From positions 1,568,001-1,632,000 of the forward strand of contig JBFWVL010000001.1 in assembly GCA_050246755.1 (NCBI GenBank): a stretch of 64,000 nt of DNA, given 5' to 3'. Source of the stretch: Bacteriovoracia bacterium (GTDB lineage Bacteria; Bdellovibrionota; UBA1018; CAIPTA01). Positions within the stretch are counted from its first letter, which is position 1. Each line of letters opens with the position of its first letter. The notes beneath the pieces were generated by a model, which saw only the letters and a list, made by a program, of their open reading frames with translations, searched no databases and was not told where the DNA came from. This document shows positions 1-9,438 of the stretch, in pieces. The translations under genes and the position numbers were made by a program.

Positions 1-1214
1 CCGGCTACGGCGGTTCCATTCGAAGTAGCATAGGTAACCGCGGTGGCCGAGGCGGAAGGCCTATCTAAATTTACCGTGAATACTAAATTAGATCCTTCGT
101 TGGCGGACACATTGCTCGAGCTCGCGATCGGTGCCGCATCGGTGTTGACCACCGTGCCGGTAGCCGTATTGGTAGTGGAGTTCGCCGTGAGATTGAGTGA
201 AAATATTAAGCCGGCTGTGTAGGTGCCATCGTTTTGGGTTGGTACGGTTACGGTTTTGGAGGTTTCGCCCGCCGCGAAAATAAGGGTTCCCGAGGTGGAC
301 GTATAGTTCGTGCCGGCTACGGCGGTGCCATTGGCCGTGGCGTAGGTCACGGAGGTGGAAGTGGTGGAAGCGCGGTTCAAGTTCACCGTGAAAACGAGAT
401 TCGACCCTTCGCTGGCGGAAACGTCCGCCGCGCTGGCGGTAGGGGCCGCATCGGTGTTCACCACGGTTCCCGTGGCGGTGGCGTTCACGCCCACGGCGCT
501 TACACTCAGGGAAAAATTTAAATTCGGCGCATAAATAGAATCGTGAATGGTGGGCACGTTCAGCGTTTTGGAGGTTTCTCCCGGAGCGAATACTAGGCTG
601 CCGGAGGTGGCCGTATAGTTCACCCCGGCGATCGCGGTTCCGTCCGAAGTTGAGTAGTTAACCGTTTTAGGAAGCGGAGAGGCTTGCGTGAGGTTCACGG
701 CAAAGCCCACGTTGCTTCCTTCGTTCGCCGAAGCATTGCTGATCACCGCGATAGGATTTCCTTCGAGCACGGTGAGCGTAAACGTAGAGAAAGCAGAATT
801 GCTGCCGTCGTATACCTGCACGCGCACGGTGCTGGTTCCCCAGTATCCCGAGGAGGGCGTGAGTCTCAGGCTGCACCTCGGGGCCGCACCCCCGCGAACC
901 ATGTTCATCGGCGTGAGCAAAGTGGGATTGGAGGTGGTTAGAAAGATAGAGCTTTGGCAATTCAGCGGGCTGTCGGGGTCGGCAATCGTGAAATCTACCG
1001 TAGTGCTGGCATCTTGGTTGATTGTCACGTTGCTGATTGAAGAAATCGTGGGAGAGCCGGCCGTATTCTTCGGGGCGGAGGGGGAAGGAGTGCTTTTTTC
1101 GATTTCTTTATCGATGGGATTTGCGCAGGAAGCGAGCGCGAGCAAAGCGAGGCCGAGCCACAACATACGTGCGAGCGCGCTAACAGGGCCCAATAGTAGA
1201 TTCGGTTTATCCAT
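1..1214 (-). CDS. Calx-beta repeat lipoprotein/adhesin (partial, runs off the left edge)
   Basis: Not in the ORF track because it has no stop in the window. Manual translation from ATG 1214: lipobox LALLALASC, then repeats such as ...SANEGSNLVFTVNL...VTYAT.NGTAVAG.NYT.TSG.L.FA.GETSKT..., with a 312-nt DNA period (positions 1, 313, 625). Confidence 0.85.
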   Translation of the reverse strand, partial: MDKPNLLLGPVSALARMLWLGLALLALASCANPIDKEIEKSTPSPSAPKNTAGSPTISSISNVTINQDASTTVDFTIADPDSPLNCQSSIFLTTSNPTLLTPMNMVRGGAAPRCSLRLTPSSGYWGTSTVRVQVYDGSNSAFSTFTLTVLEGNPIAVISNASANEGSNVGFAVNLTQASPLPKTVNYSTSDGTAIAGVNYTATSGSLVFAPGETSKTLNVPTIHDSIYAPNLNFSLSVSAVGVNATATGTVVNTDAAPTASAADVSASEGSNLVFTVNLNRASTTSTSVTYATANGTAVAGTNYTSTSGTLIFAAGETSKTVTVPTQNDGTYTAGLIFSLNLTANSTTNTATGTVVNTDAAPIASSSNVSANEGSNLVFTVNLDRPSASATAVTYATSNGTAVA

Positions 1215-1352
1215 AAACCTTCTTCTAGAAATCCGTTTCCTTTAGACGCATCGGGTTTAAGGGAGAAACTCCTTAGAATTCATTCTATTTTTTGGGAAAA
1301 AAGCGCGTAATAGCGAAGTAATTTACTCTATGAGAAATACACGGTTATCGGA

Positions 1353-2258
1353 TCAAAGGTAGAGCTGCAGTAGGGCCGAGTGAGAATAGCGGTAAAGGCC
1401 ATATTCGTAGCCTACGCCAAACCGTGTGCCTAGGCGCCGTTGGATGCCGAAACGATGCCAGGTATCGGGATTTCCCCGGTGATCTCGCTGGAATTTCATG
1501 TTTCCGTATAGGGTCCATTTGGCTTTGGTGAAGCGCAGGCCAACTACGTCGGCGAAGCTCCGTGCGACCGAACTGGAAACCGCGATCCTCGAATAACCTA
1601 GGTAGAACGGGCCGACAGGAAAACCAACGGCGAGGGTGGAAACGGTAATTTTCGGAAGCAGCGTGGAAATGCGCTCGTAGCTTTCCGAATATCCCAGCCC
1701 AATCCCAAAAATCCGTAAAAGAACTCCGGCCTGTGGGGACCAATCTCCGTGCGTGCGCCCCTTTCCTCCAGAGACGCCTACGCTGAGACGTATTCCTTTA
1801 GGAAATAATTTTTTTGGAAAGGCCACGCTAGTCCCGAGGCGAAGACCGAGCGAGGAAGGGGGATTCATTTCGTATTGTTTATATTCTTCCAGCGAAGAGC
1901 TGCCGAGAAAGTGGCTGGGAAGATCGGGTGCCGCGAAGCTGCCTTCCGACCACGACCCGATCCCGAAGCCGATTCCCTCGAATGCCTTGATCGTAGATCC
2001 GGAGAACTTCGCCTTTCCCGCTGGGAACGAGCGATCGGTATACATTCCTTCCACGCCGAAAGGAGTGGGAATGGTGGGTAGGGCCGCCGGATTCGATTCC
2101 ACGGAGTCACCCAGGCGAGAAGAGGAGCCTCCGACCGATGCGCTGGAAAAAGATCCATCGCAGCTCCAGAAAGATTTATCGGCGTTCCAGCCGCAATCTT
2201 CGGCGCCGAAAGCAAGGGGAGAGAAGAAAAATAATAGGAGATAGGCCCGCGGGTGCAT
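1353..2258 (-). CDS. Hypothetical exported protein, probable outer-membrane beta-barrel
   Basis: Signal peptide (AFG/A); amphipathic beta-strands rich in G/Y/F; C-terminal strand LLQLYL. Confidence 0.6.
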   Translation of the reverse strand: MHPRAYLLLFFFSPLAFGAEDCGWNADKSFWSCDGSFSSASVGGSSSRLGDSVESNPAALPTIPTPFGVEGMYTDRSFPAGKAKFSGSTIKAFEGIGFGIGSWSEGSFAAPDLPSHFLGSSSLEEYKQYEMNPPSSLGLRLGTSVAFPKKLFPKGIRLSVGVSGGKGRTHGDWSPQAGVLLRIFGIGLGYSESYERISTLLPKITVSTLAVGFPVGPFYLGYSRIAVSSSVARSFADVVGLRFTKAKWTLYGNMKFQRDHRGNPDTWHRFGIQRRLGTRFGVGYEYGLYRYSHSALLQLYL

Positions 2259-2442
2259 TCCGAAAACAATACTGGGAATCTCGGGATCGGAACAGATTAT
2301 TTCGCTACTCGATGGCGTGGAGGATGAATTTTGCCATCAGCCGGTAGCTCTCGGCGTTTGGATGTTTATCGGGCGATAAGCGGCCGCGGTAGCCGCTGCG
2401 GAGACGTAGTTTCAAAGAAACAGAACCTTTTTAATCATTGCG

Positions 2443-3756
2443 ATGGTACGAATTATAGGGATGGATAAATGGAAAGCCTCCGGCAAAACTTCCGTACTCG
2501 CCGTTTTTTTCTTTTTGCTCTGTTATTTCGTTCATTTCGGGGCAATCTGGAAATACGCCGTGAATATTCCCTCCATGGATGAATGGGAGGCGCTGAATGA
2601 CAACGCCTTGATTGCACCCTCCTTTCGCTGGTTCTTTGCCAAGCACAACGAGCACATGATCGCTCCAACTAAATTGCTGGCTTGGCTGCTCCTTCACCTG
2701 AACGGCTGGAATATCCGAAGCTCTATTCTGCTGAGCTTTGGAATTTTTGGGCTATTGGTGGCCTCGGTGGTAGTGGTGGGCCGGAGACTGATGTTTGCCC
2801 TTCCGCTTTGGGCCGTGCTTGCCTTTTGCCTATTTTTACTTTCCACGCTGCCGAGCGAAAATCATATGTGGGGGTTTCAGTCTCAGTTCCATTTCTTTCT
2901 TCTATTTAAAGTGATCGCCATTTTATTTTTGTTCGATTCGCGTCAGGGCTGGCCCGCGGTTTTCCTCGGCACGCTGGCGCTGGCCGCTTCGATCGTTTCA
3001 TTTTCGGCGGGCGTGGCTTCCGCCGCTGCGCTACTGGCGATTTTCGTACTTTTCAAGTGGCATCGTTTTTCGAAAATCAGAGGATGGGATAAGCGGGAGC
3101 TTCAGCAGCTGGTTTTTACCGTGACGATTACCGCGGTGGTTATGTTGTTTTGGTGGAGCGTGCCAGGCCCATCAGTTCCTTTCAGTTACCCCACGGGGAT
3201 GATTTTTTGGCGCATGCTGTTTCGGATGGTCGGATGGGGATACGGTCTTTTCGCGGTCTCCCCATTTCCAGTATTTCTGGGTTTTTTATTCGCTGGCGCG
3301 CTGCCGCTGTTGCTGATCTGGCGGCGAAGCGAGATTGGTCTCACGGAGAAAGCCATGATCACGGCCTGTATTGGCTCCACCCTGGCCGAGCTGTCGGCTA
3401 TCTCCTTGGGGCGCGGATATTTCGGCCAGCTATTCGTGATCTACCGCTATACCGAGGTCGCCTTCCTCCTTGTGCCCTGGAGCGCTTTCGCCTGGGCCAT
3501 GGCGCTGGAGAAAGAAAAAATCGCGCGTTCATTCGTGCTTGCAGGTTTGTGGATTTTTTTCGCGGTTAACTTTTCCGCTTATCTAGGAACCGAGGCCTAC
3601 GAAGGGATCCGAAATTGGCGCCGGCACGGAGTCGATTGCCTTGAGTCCGCGAACCGGCGCGGTGGAGAAATTCGCTGCGAAGCCCTCTACCCAGGCCCGC
3701 TCAATCATCGCCTAGAAAATGCCCGTGTGTTGAATATCTCTTTTACGCGCCGCTGA
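2443..3756 (+). CDS. Polytopic membrane protein, GT-C-fold glycosyltransferase-like
   Basis: About 10 TM segments; acidic P.MDEW motif after TM1; HNEH motif. Confidence 0.55.
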   Translation: MVRIIGMDKWKASGKTSVLAVFFFLLCYFVHFGAIWKYAVNIPSMDEWEALNDNALIAPSFRWFFAKHNEHMIAPTKLLAWLLLHLNGWNIRSSILLSFGIFGLLVASVVVVGRRLMFALPLWAVLAFCLFLLSTLPSENHMWGFQSQFHFFLLFKVIAILFLFDSRQGWPAVFLGTLALAASIVSFSAGVASAAALLAIFVLFKWHRFSKIRGWDKRELQQLVFTVTITAVVMLFWWSVPGPSVPFSYPTGMIFWRMLFRMVGWGYGLFAVSPFPVFLGFLFAGALPLLLIWRRSEIGLTEKAMITACIGSTLAELSAISLGRGYFGQLFVIYRYTEVAFLLVPWSAFAWAMALEKEKIARSFVLAGLWIFFAVNFSAYLGTEAYEGIRNWRRHGVDCLESANRRGGEIRCEALYPGPLNHRLENARVLNISFTRR

Positions 3757-4477
3757 GTTTCAACAGGCGCAGCACGTGGATTTCGCCGCCGCGCACCTGC
3801 CACTCCACGTCGAAAATAGAAACGCGAAATCTAAAAATCGCGCCTTCGGTTTTCGCTCCCTTCAGCGGCATGGTTTTTCTTTGGGAAATCGGCCGCGGGT
3901 CGAGCGAAAGAGTTTCGGCGAGAAATTCGCGAAATCGCGGCATGAGAAGTTGGCTCTGCTCCGCGATCGTTCGCAGGCTTTCCGCGGAAAAATGTACCGG
4001 AAAGCGTTGGATTTCTTCCGAGGCCCAACCAGCAATGGCTTCGGGTATGGAATCGGCATAAGGAATATACGGTTTGATATCCAGCACGGGCGTTCCATCG
4101 AGCAAATCCACGCCGCTAAGGTGAACTTCGATTCCTCCTTCGGCAGATAGATCGATTCGATCCAGTTTCACCGCCGAGATCCCAATGGGATTGGGCCGGT
4201 GCGGGGCGCGCGAAGCAAATACGCCTACTTTGTCTATTTCCAATCGCGGAGGGCTAATTTTGGGCCGCCAAGCCTGACCAAGGTGCTGGTGAAAAACAAA
4301 AACAAGCCATACATGGCTGAAACCTTCGAGCTGGTTCAGGGCATCCGGATACAGAGGATCGGGGTTCAGTTTTAGGATTCCCTTGGCCTCGGAAACCAGC
4401 AGGGACTGCCGGGGCGTGCCGAATTTTTCTTTAAAGCAGGTGCTCACGAACCCAATGGGGGGATAAACGTCTTTCAT
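3743..4477 (-). CDS. trmO: tRNA (N6-threonylcarbamoyladenosine(37)-N6)-methyltransferase
   Basis: KFGTPRQS, GVFASRAPHRPNPIG and DLLDGTPVLDIKPY motifs. Confidence 0.93.
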   Translation of the reverse strand: MKDVYPPIGFVSTCFKEKFGTPRQSLLVSEAKGILKLNPDPLYPDALNQLEGFSHVWLVFVFHQHLGQAWRPKISPPRLEIDKVGVFASRAPHRPNPIGISAVKLDRIDLSAEGGIEVHLSGVDLLDGTPVLDIKPYIPYADSIPEAIAGWASEEIQRFPVHFSAESLRTIAEQSQLLMPRFREFLAETLSLDPRPISQRKTMPLKGAKTEGAIFRFRVSIFDVEWQVRGGEIHVLRLLKLSGA

Positions 4478-4568
4478 CTGGAAGAATCGACTCTAGTTCA
4501 CCTAGGTAGACTTGCAATGGAAGAATCATCCGTTACGTGGATTCCGCCCGCTTTGCTAGTTTTGCCTT

Positions 4569-5414
4569 ATGAGATACGATTGGGCGATTATGACAAGCCG
4601 CTTCGCCTGGATGCAGCGCCCGCTGGCCGTTTTGATGGTTTCCATCTTCGCGTTGGCCGCTCCGGCCAAATTTGTGGATTATGCGGCGATCGGCGGCTTG
4701 TTAGCGCATTACTTGCTCGCTTTTTGGTTTCACCCTTGGGCGAAGGTAAAGAACGCGGGAGTGCTTGCACCCCATATCTTCTTGATTGGCATTTTGGCGC
4801 TAGTGGCTCTGCTCCAGAACTTTTATCAATTTCCCCATATTATTCTATTTTTTGGGATGCATTTCGTGCTGACGGAAATGTATGAGCGCAAGCAGGCGGA
4901 AGAGAGCGTGGTAAAGCTGGCGCGCGCTATCTATTACGCTGCCGCCTACCTTTGTTTCATGAAGTTCAATCTGGGCCTTGGGGAAATCGGATTTCCTCTG
5001 CTAGCCGCCGCCGCTGTGGCCCTCGCTTTTCTGTTGGTTAAGCTAAGGAGTTGGAAGCAAGCGATACGGGAGCTGGCGTTTTTCATTCCGATTGTTTTAA
5101 CGTTTCGTGAGCCTACGCGATTTAATTATATTTTACTCTATCATGTGGCCATCTGGTGGGCGATTCCCCTGCTGAATCCTTCGGGAGTTACGAAAAAATA
5201 CGTAAGAGACTCGGCGCTCGTGACCGGAATTTTCTTGGCCCTGGTATTCATCAGCTGCGCCTGGCAGGAATCGCTTTATTGGGCCTGGAACCGGGAAACG
5301 ATGCGGCTCGGCTATATCCATGTAGCCATCAGCCTGGTGATGTCGAGTTCGAATCCGCTGTTCGTGCGAACCGCGGCGCTGCGTGCGCAGGGATTTTTTC
5401 GCAATGTTCTCTAG
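4569..5414 (+). CDS. Hypothetical multi-pass membrane protein with intramembrane His motifs
   Basis: 281 aa hydrophobic ORF; overlaps the next gene; LAHY, MHF, YHV and IHV motifs. Confidence 0.6.
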   Translation: MRYDWAIMTSRFAWMQRPLAVLMVSIFALAAPAKFVDYAAIGGLLAHYLLAFWFHPWAKVKNAGVLAPHIFLIGILALVALLQNFYQFPHIILFFGMHFVLTEMYERKQAEESVVKLARAIYYAAAYLCFMKFNLGLGEIGFPLLAAAAVALAFLLVKLRSWKQAIRELAFFIPIVLTFREPTRFNYILLYHVAIWWAIPLLNPSGVTKKYVRDSALVTGIFLALVFISCAWQESLYWAWNRETMRLGYIHVAISLVMSSSNPLFVRTAALRAQGFFRNVL

Positions 5415-6450
5415 GTTGATTTCCGCCTGGCGCTGGCCCGTAATTTTTCTTCTGGTCTTTTTTTCGCTGGATGCGTTCGTGGCGCGTTCGGGGACGGCTG
5501 CCCGCTTCTTAACCAAATATTCCGACATCGCCTTCGACAATCCATTGCGATTTTTCTATAAGTTTAGCCGCACAGTGCGAGATCCGGCGAAACCGCTGGC
5601 TATTTTTTTAGGGTCTAGCGTGGCCCGCGAAGGCTTCGACGAAGAAATCGTCCAAGCCGAGTTACGGCAGAGTGCGCAGGTAATCAACTTAGGTTTTTTT
5701 CATGGAAGGCCAGTGGATCTCTGGATGCTTTCGGATCAGCTCATGAGGCTTCAGCCGGATCTAGTGGTGCTGCCTATGAATCCAGGAGATATCCTGCTGG
5801 AATATAGTTATCGCCTCACGATGCCATATTATTTCAGCGAAAAAATCTTCGAGCTCGTAGGAACCCGGGAGGTTATCGGTAACTGGCGGGAGTTTTTTTA
5901 TGCTGGGGTGTCCCGCGCTTCGGTGATTTTTCGTTACCGGGATTCTATCGGCTCGGCGCTGCTTAGGTTCGGCCAGGATCAGCTTGGCTTGGAGCCGTGG
6001 AGAAAAAACGAAGAAAAATTCCGCTTTTATCAGGAGATGGAACACCTGCCGGATCTGGACCCTTCCTTTTCCTTCTTCGGGCAGGATTTCCGGCCGGACT
6101 ATGACCTGAGCGTGCGGGCGATGGAAAGGCTTTTGCGGTTTTTTTCTGAACGGCGCGTGCGGGTGGTATTCGTACCCATGCCCAACCACCCTAAGTTAGA
6201 TTCTGAATTGTTACGGCTGCAGCGCCGCGATCTAAGTGATTTCAACCGGGTCGTATTTCCGCGCTTCCTTAGTGGCTGGGCCGCGGCACCGGGGGTGAAC
6301 GTAGCGGCGCTGCCGGTAAGCCTCATACATAATTCCGACTTCAGCGATTACGTGCACGTGAATGCCGGTGGCCGGGAAAAATTGTCACGCTGGTTCGCGA
6401 AGTGGCTAAGCGAGAGCAAGCTTCTCGAAACGAAGGTGCCGGGGCCATGA
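5404..6450 (+). CDS. SGNH-hydrolase-like acyltransferase (DltD/AlgJ/PatB-like)
   Basis: N-terminal TM anchor; block I FLGSS; C-terminal DYVH (DxxH); ATGA overlap with the MBOAT gene. Confidence 0.75.
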   Translation: MFSRLISAWRWPVIFLLVFFSLDAFVARSGTAARFLTKYSDIAFDNPLRFFYKFSRTVRDPAKPLAIFLGSSVAREGFDEEIVQAELRQSAQVINLGFFHGRPVDLWMLSDQLMRLQPDLVVLPMNPGDILLEYSYRLTMPYYFSEKIFELVGTREVIGNWREFFYAGVSRASVIFRYRDSIGSALLRFGQDQLGLEPWRKNEEKFRFYQEMEHLPDLDPSFSFFGQDFRPDYDLSVRAMERLLRFFSERRVRVVFVPMPNHPKLDSELLRLQRRDLSDFNRVVFPRFLSGWAAAPGVNVAALPVSLIHNSDFSDYVHVNAGGREKLSRWFAKWLSESKLLETKVPGP

Positions 6451-7865
6451 CCTTTAACTCCATCGAATTCTGGGTATTTTTCGCCGCCGTTTTCTCGCTC
6501 TATTTACGCTTGGGCCAGAGAAAGCAAAATTGGCTTCTTTTGGCGGCTAGCTATGCTTTCTATTTTTCCATCGCTCGCTTTTTTGTGCTGTTGCTTTGCT
6601 TCACGACCATATTCGATTTTTTCTGCGGAAAAATGATCGCGCAAGCCTCTACCCCAGGCCGCCGGCGCCGGTATTTGCTGCTAAGTATTCTTAGTAATAT
6701 TTCCGTCTTGCTCGTATTTAAGTACCTCGATTTCTTTTCCGCGCATGTGTCACAGATCTTCGGTACCGGCACCTCGGGTGTGGTATTTAATCTGGCCGTC
6801 CCGATTGGCTTGTCGTTTTATATCCTGCAATCGATTAGCTACGTGATCGATGTGTATCGCGGCGATTGCAAAGCCCACGAGCGGATCTCCGAGTATGCGC
6901 TCTACATCGCGTTTTTTCCGCAGTTACTGGCAGGCCCAATTGAGCGAGCGTCTCGTATGCTTCCGCAGTTCGGTTCGGCCCGCGCCATCACGGGTGAAAG
7001 CTGGAAAGCCGGCCTTTGGCTTTGCTTCTGGGGACTGATCGAAAAATGCGTGGTGAGTGATAATCTCCAGGCCCGGATTATTACGCCCTATTTCCAGTCG
7101 GGGGGCGATAGCAACGGATTGAGCACTTTACTGGTGCTGTGGTCTTGCAGCATGCGAATTTATTTGGATTTCGACGGATATTCCAATATTGCTCGCGGGG
7201 TGGCACGGCTCATGGGCTTCGATTTATCGGCCAATTTTTTCCTGCCGAACTACGCCGTGAGCTCCAAGGATTTGTGGCGCCGCTTTCACATCACTTTCTA
7301 TCGTTGGGCCCGCGACTATATTTATATTCCGCTCGTAAAAAATTTACGTCTACCCGTGTGGGTGGCGTTGCCCGTAGTATTTATTCTTTCTGGTTTATGG
7401 CATCAGGTGAGCTGGACCTTCGTTTGCTGGGGAGCATTTGAAGCGACGGTAATTTTATTATCGGAAATTCCCGGGCGCTTTCTCGCTCCCATTTACGCGG
7501 CCACCCGCGGCTTTCCTAAGTTTCTTCTTACCGTGGCGGGTCTGATGAGCACGAAGTTTTTCCGCGCCATCAGCACGGCCTTTTTCGTGGCCGAAAGCGT
7601 GCCCACCGCAATGGACAGCATCCGCCCCGTTCTGCAGTTGGCTAGCTGGCGCCTGGATCGTGAATTCTTAGGCCTCTTATTTCTCTTCCTTTTTTTTACC
7701 CTTCCCCTTCGTCCCGTTGAGTTCTTGCAGCTGCGTAAAAATAAACTATTGGCGCCGCTAGAGCTAAGCCCTCCGCTTTTCGCCGGTCTATTGTTTTTCT
7801 TGGCTATTTTCTGGGTGGTCTACGGGGTAAATGCTGCCCAGCGTTTCGTTTACTTTCAGTTCTGA
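6447..7865 (+). CDS. MBOAT family O-acyltransferase (AlgI/DltB-like)
   Basis: MTFNS.EF start; PIGLSFYILQSISY, FFPQLLAGPIER, LWRRFHIT and GLWH motifs; ends FVYFQF. Confidence 0.92.
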   Translation: MTFNSIEFWVFFAAVFSLYLRLGQRKQNWLLLAASYAFYFSIARFFVLLLCFTTIFDFFCGKMIAQASTPGRRRRYLLLSILSNISVLLVFKYLDFFSAHVSQIFGTGTSGVVFNLAVPIGLSFYILQSISYVIDVYRGDCKAHERISEYALYIAFFPQLLAGPIERASRMLPQFGSARAITGESWKAGLWLCFWGLIEKCVVSDNLQARIITPYFQSGGDSNGLSTLLVLWSCSMRIYLDFDGYSNIARGVARLMGFDLSANFFLPNYAVSSKDLWRRFHITFYRWARDYIYIPLVKNLRLPVWVALPVVFILSGLWHQVSWTFVCWGAFEATVILLSEIPGRFLAPIYAATRGFPKFLLTVAGLMSTKFFRAISTAFFVAESVPTAMDSIRPVLQLASWRLDREFLGLLFLFLFFTLPLRPVEFLQLRKNKLLAPLELSPPLFAGLLFFLAIFWVVYGVNAAQRFVYFQF

Positions 7866-7925
7866 TGAAGGTTTACATTTCGCCCCGCGCAAATTAATAT
7901 TCTCTCGGATCTTGGGTGGGGGCCG

Positions 7926-9332
7926 ATGCTGAAAAATTTACTTTTATTGTTGTGCTTATTGGGGGGTTCTCAAAATTCGCGGGCCGATTCTTTGCCCGAT
8001 GAAGATGTACTTGCCCAGCTCAACTCTCTGCCGGGAGTGGAAGCCACCGAGAAAACCACTCGCGACGACGCCGCCAAAAATGTGCGCCGTTTTTCCGCCA
8101 CGATCGAACAGCCCGTGGATCACTTCAATCCGAAATCGGCCAAGTTTCGCCAGAAGCTGGTGATCTTTCACCGTGGTTATAAAGAGCCAATGGTTCTTCA
8201 GACCAGCGGTTATATTATTTTTGGCGAACGGCTTTCCCGCTTGGCCTCGGTATTTGGCACGAATCAAATTCAGGTGGAGCACCGCTACTTCGGAGAATCT
8301 ACTCCGGTGCCCACCGACTGGAGCAAGCTCACGGTGCGCCAGAGCGCCGAGGATTTTCATCACATCGCGGAAACGTTTAAATCCACCTATTCCGCTCGTT
8401 GGGTAAATACCGGCGCGAGTAAGGGCGGAATGACTTCGGTTTTCCATCGGCGCTTCTATCCCAATGATTTGGCCGGCACCGTGGCCGACGTGGCGCCGTT
8501 TTCCTACGCACTCGACGACGACAGGTACGTGGCTTTCGTGGACGCCGTGGGGGGCGCTACATACGCGGACTGTCGAGAGCGGCTCTATGATTTGCAGCAG
8601 GCGCTTCTTCGGAGAAGTGAAGAAATTCTTCCCGAGATCGAGGGGAGTTACGAAAAACTGGGAGACAAGCTGATCGCCTACGAATCCGCGGTGGTAGAAA
8701 TGCCCTTCGTGTTCTGGCAATACGGCGATCCCACGAATGCGCAGTGGGGTTGCGGGGCGCTGCCTGCTGCGTCTGCTTCGGCGCATACTCTCGCGAATTT
8801 CTTGAAGGTGGCCAATAATCCTAATAGTTCCGCCGACGCCGGCCTTGAAATTTTTCAGCCCTACTTTTTTCAGGCCGCAGCGGAGCTCGGCGGGCCGGGC
8901 GCGAAGCTCTCCCACCTGCGGGGACTGCTGAAGTATCCCTACGTGCTGGATCCATTTTTACCTAAGGGCGTGAGGACTCCTTACTCCAACGGTGTGCTTC
9001 TCGATATGCGTGGCTGGGCCGCGGAATCGGCGAATAAGTTACTTTTTATTTATGGGGAATTCGATCCCTGGACGGCCGGCTCTTTCCCTCGCCTGCAGAC
9101 CGGCGAAAAAGCGGATAACCATCAGTTCGTGGTGCCGAGGGGAAATCACAGTGCCAATTTTATGATGCTGCCGGGCACCCAGCGGTCCGAAGCTATCGCT
9201 ACGCTTAGCCGTTGGCTAAATAAGGCACCGGTGGCGAGCGAAACATCGCTGCAGGCGTTCGGGCCCACCGCCGTTGACGATTCCCTCGAAGCACTCGAGC
9301 TTCGTGCCTTGCGTTCCTACCGGCCTCGCTAG
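7926..9332 (+). CDS. Secreted tripeptidyl aminopeptidase (peptidase S28/S37 family)
   Basis: Signal peptide; QPVDHFNP, EHRYFGES, nucleophile elbow GASKGG, YGEFDPW and GNH motifs. Confidence 0.88.
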   Translation: MLKNLLLLLCLLGGSQNSRADSLPDEDVLAQLNSLPGVEATEKTTRDDAAKNVRRFSATIEQPVDHFNPKSAKFRQKLVIFHRGYKEPMVLQTSGYIIFGERLSRLASVFGTNQIQVEHRYFGESTPVPTDWSKLTVRQSAEDFHHIAETFKSTYSARWVNTGASKGGMTSVFHRRFYPNDLAGTVADVAPFSYALDDDRYVAFVDAVGGATYADCRERLYDLQQALLRRSEEILPEIEGSYEKLGDKLIAYESAVVEMPFVFWQYGDPTNAQWGCGALPAASASAHTLANFLKVANNPNSSADAGLEIFQPYFFQAAAELGGPGAKLSHLRGLLKYPYVLDPFLPKGVRTPYSNGVLLDMRGWAAESANKLLFIYGEFDPWTAGSFPRLQTGEKADNHQFVVPRGNHSANFMMLPGTQRSEAIATLSRWLNKAPVASETSLQAFGPTAVDDSLEALELRALRSYRPR

Positions 9333-9438
9333 GCCCCCTGTCGATCTCCTATACAGCCAACCTCTCTTTGGCCACGCCTGGGGGCCCATCTAGGTCTAAT
9401 GCGAATAGGGCTGGCTTTCCCCCGGCAAAGTACTTGCA

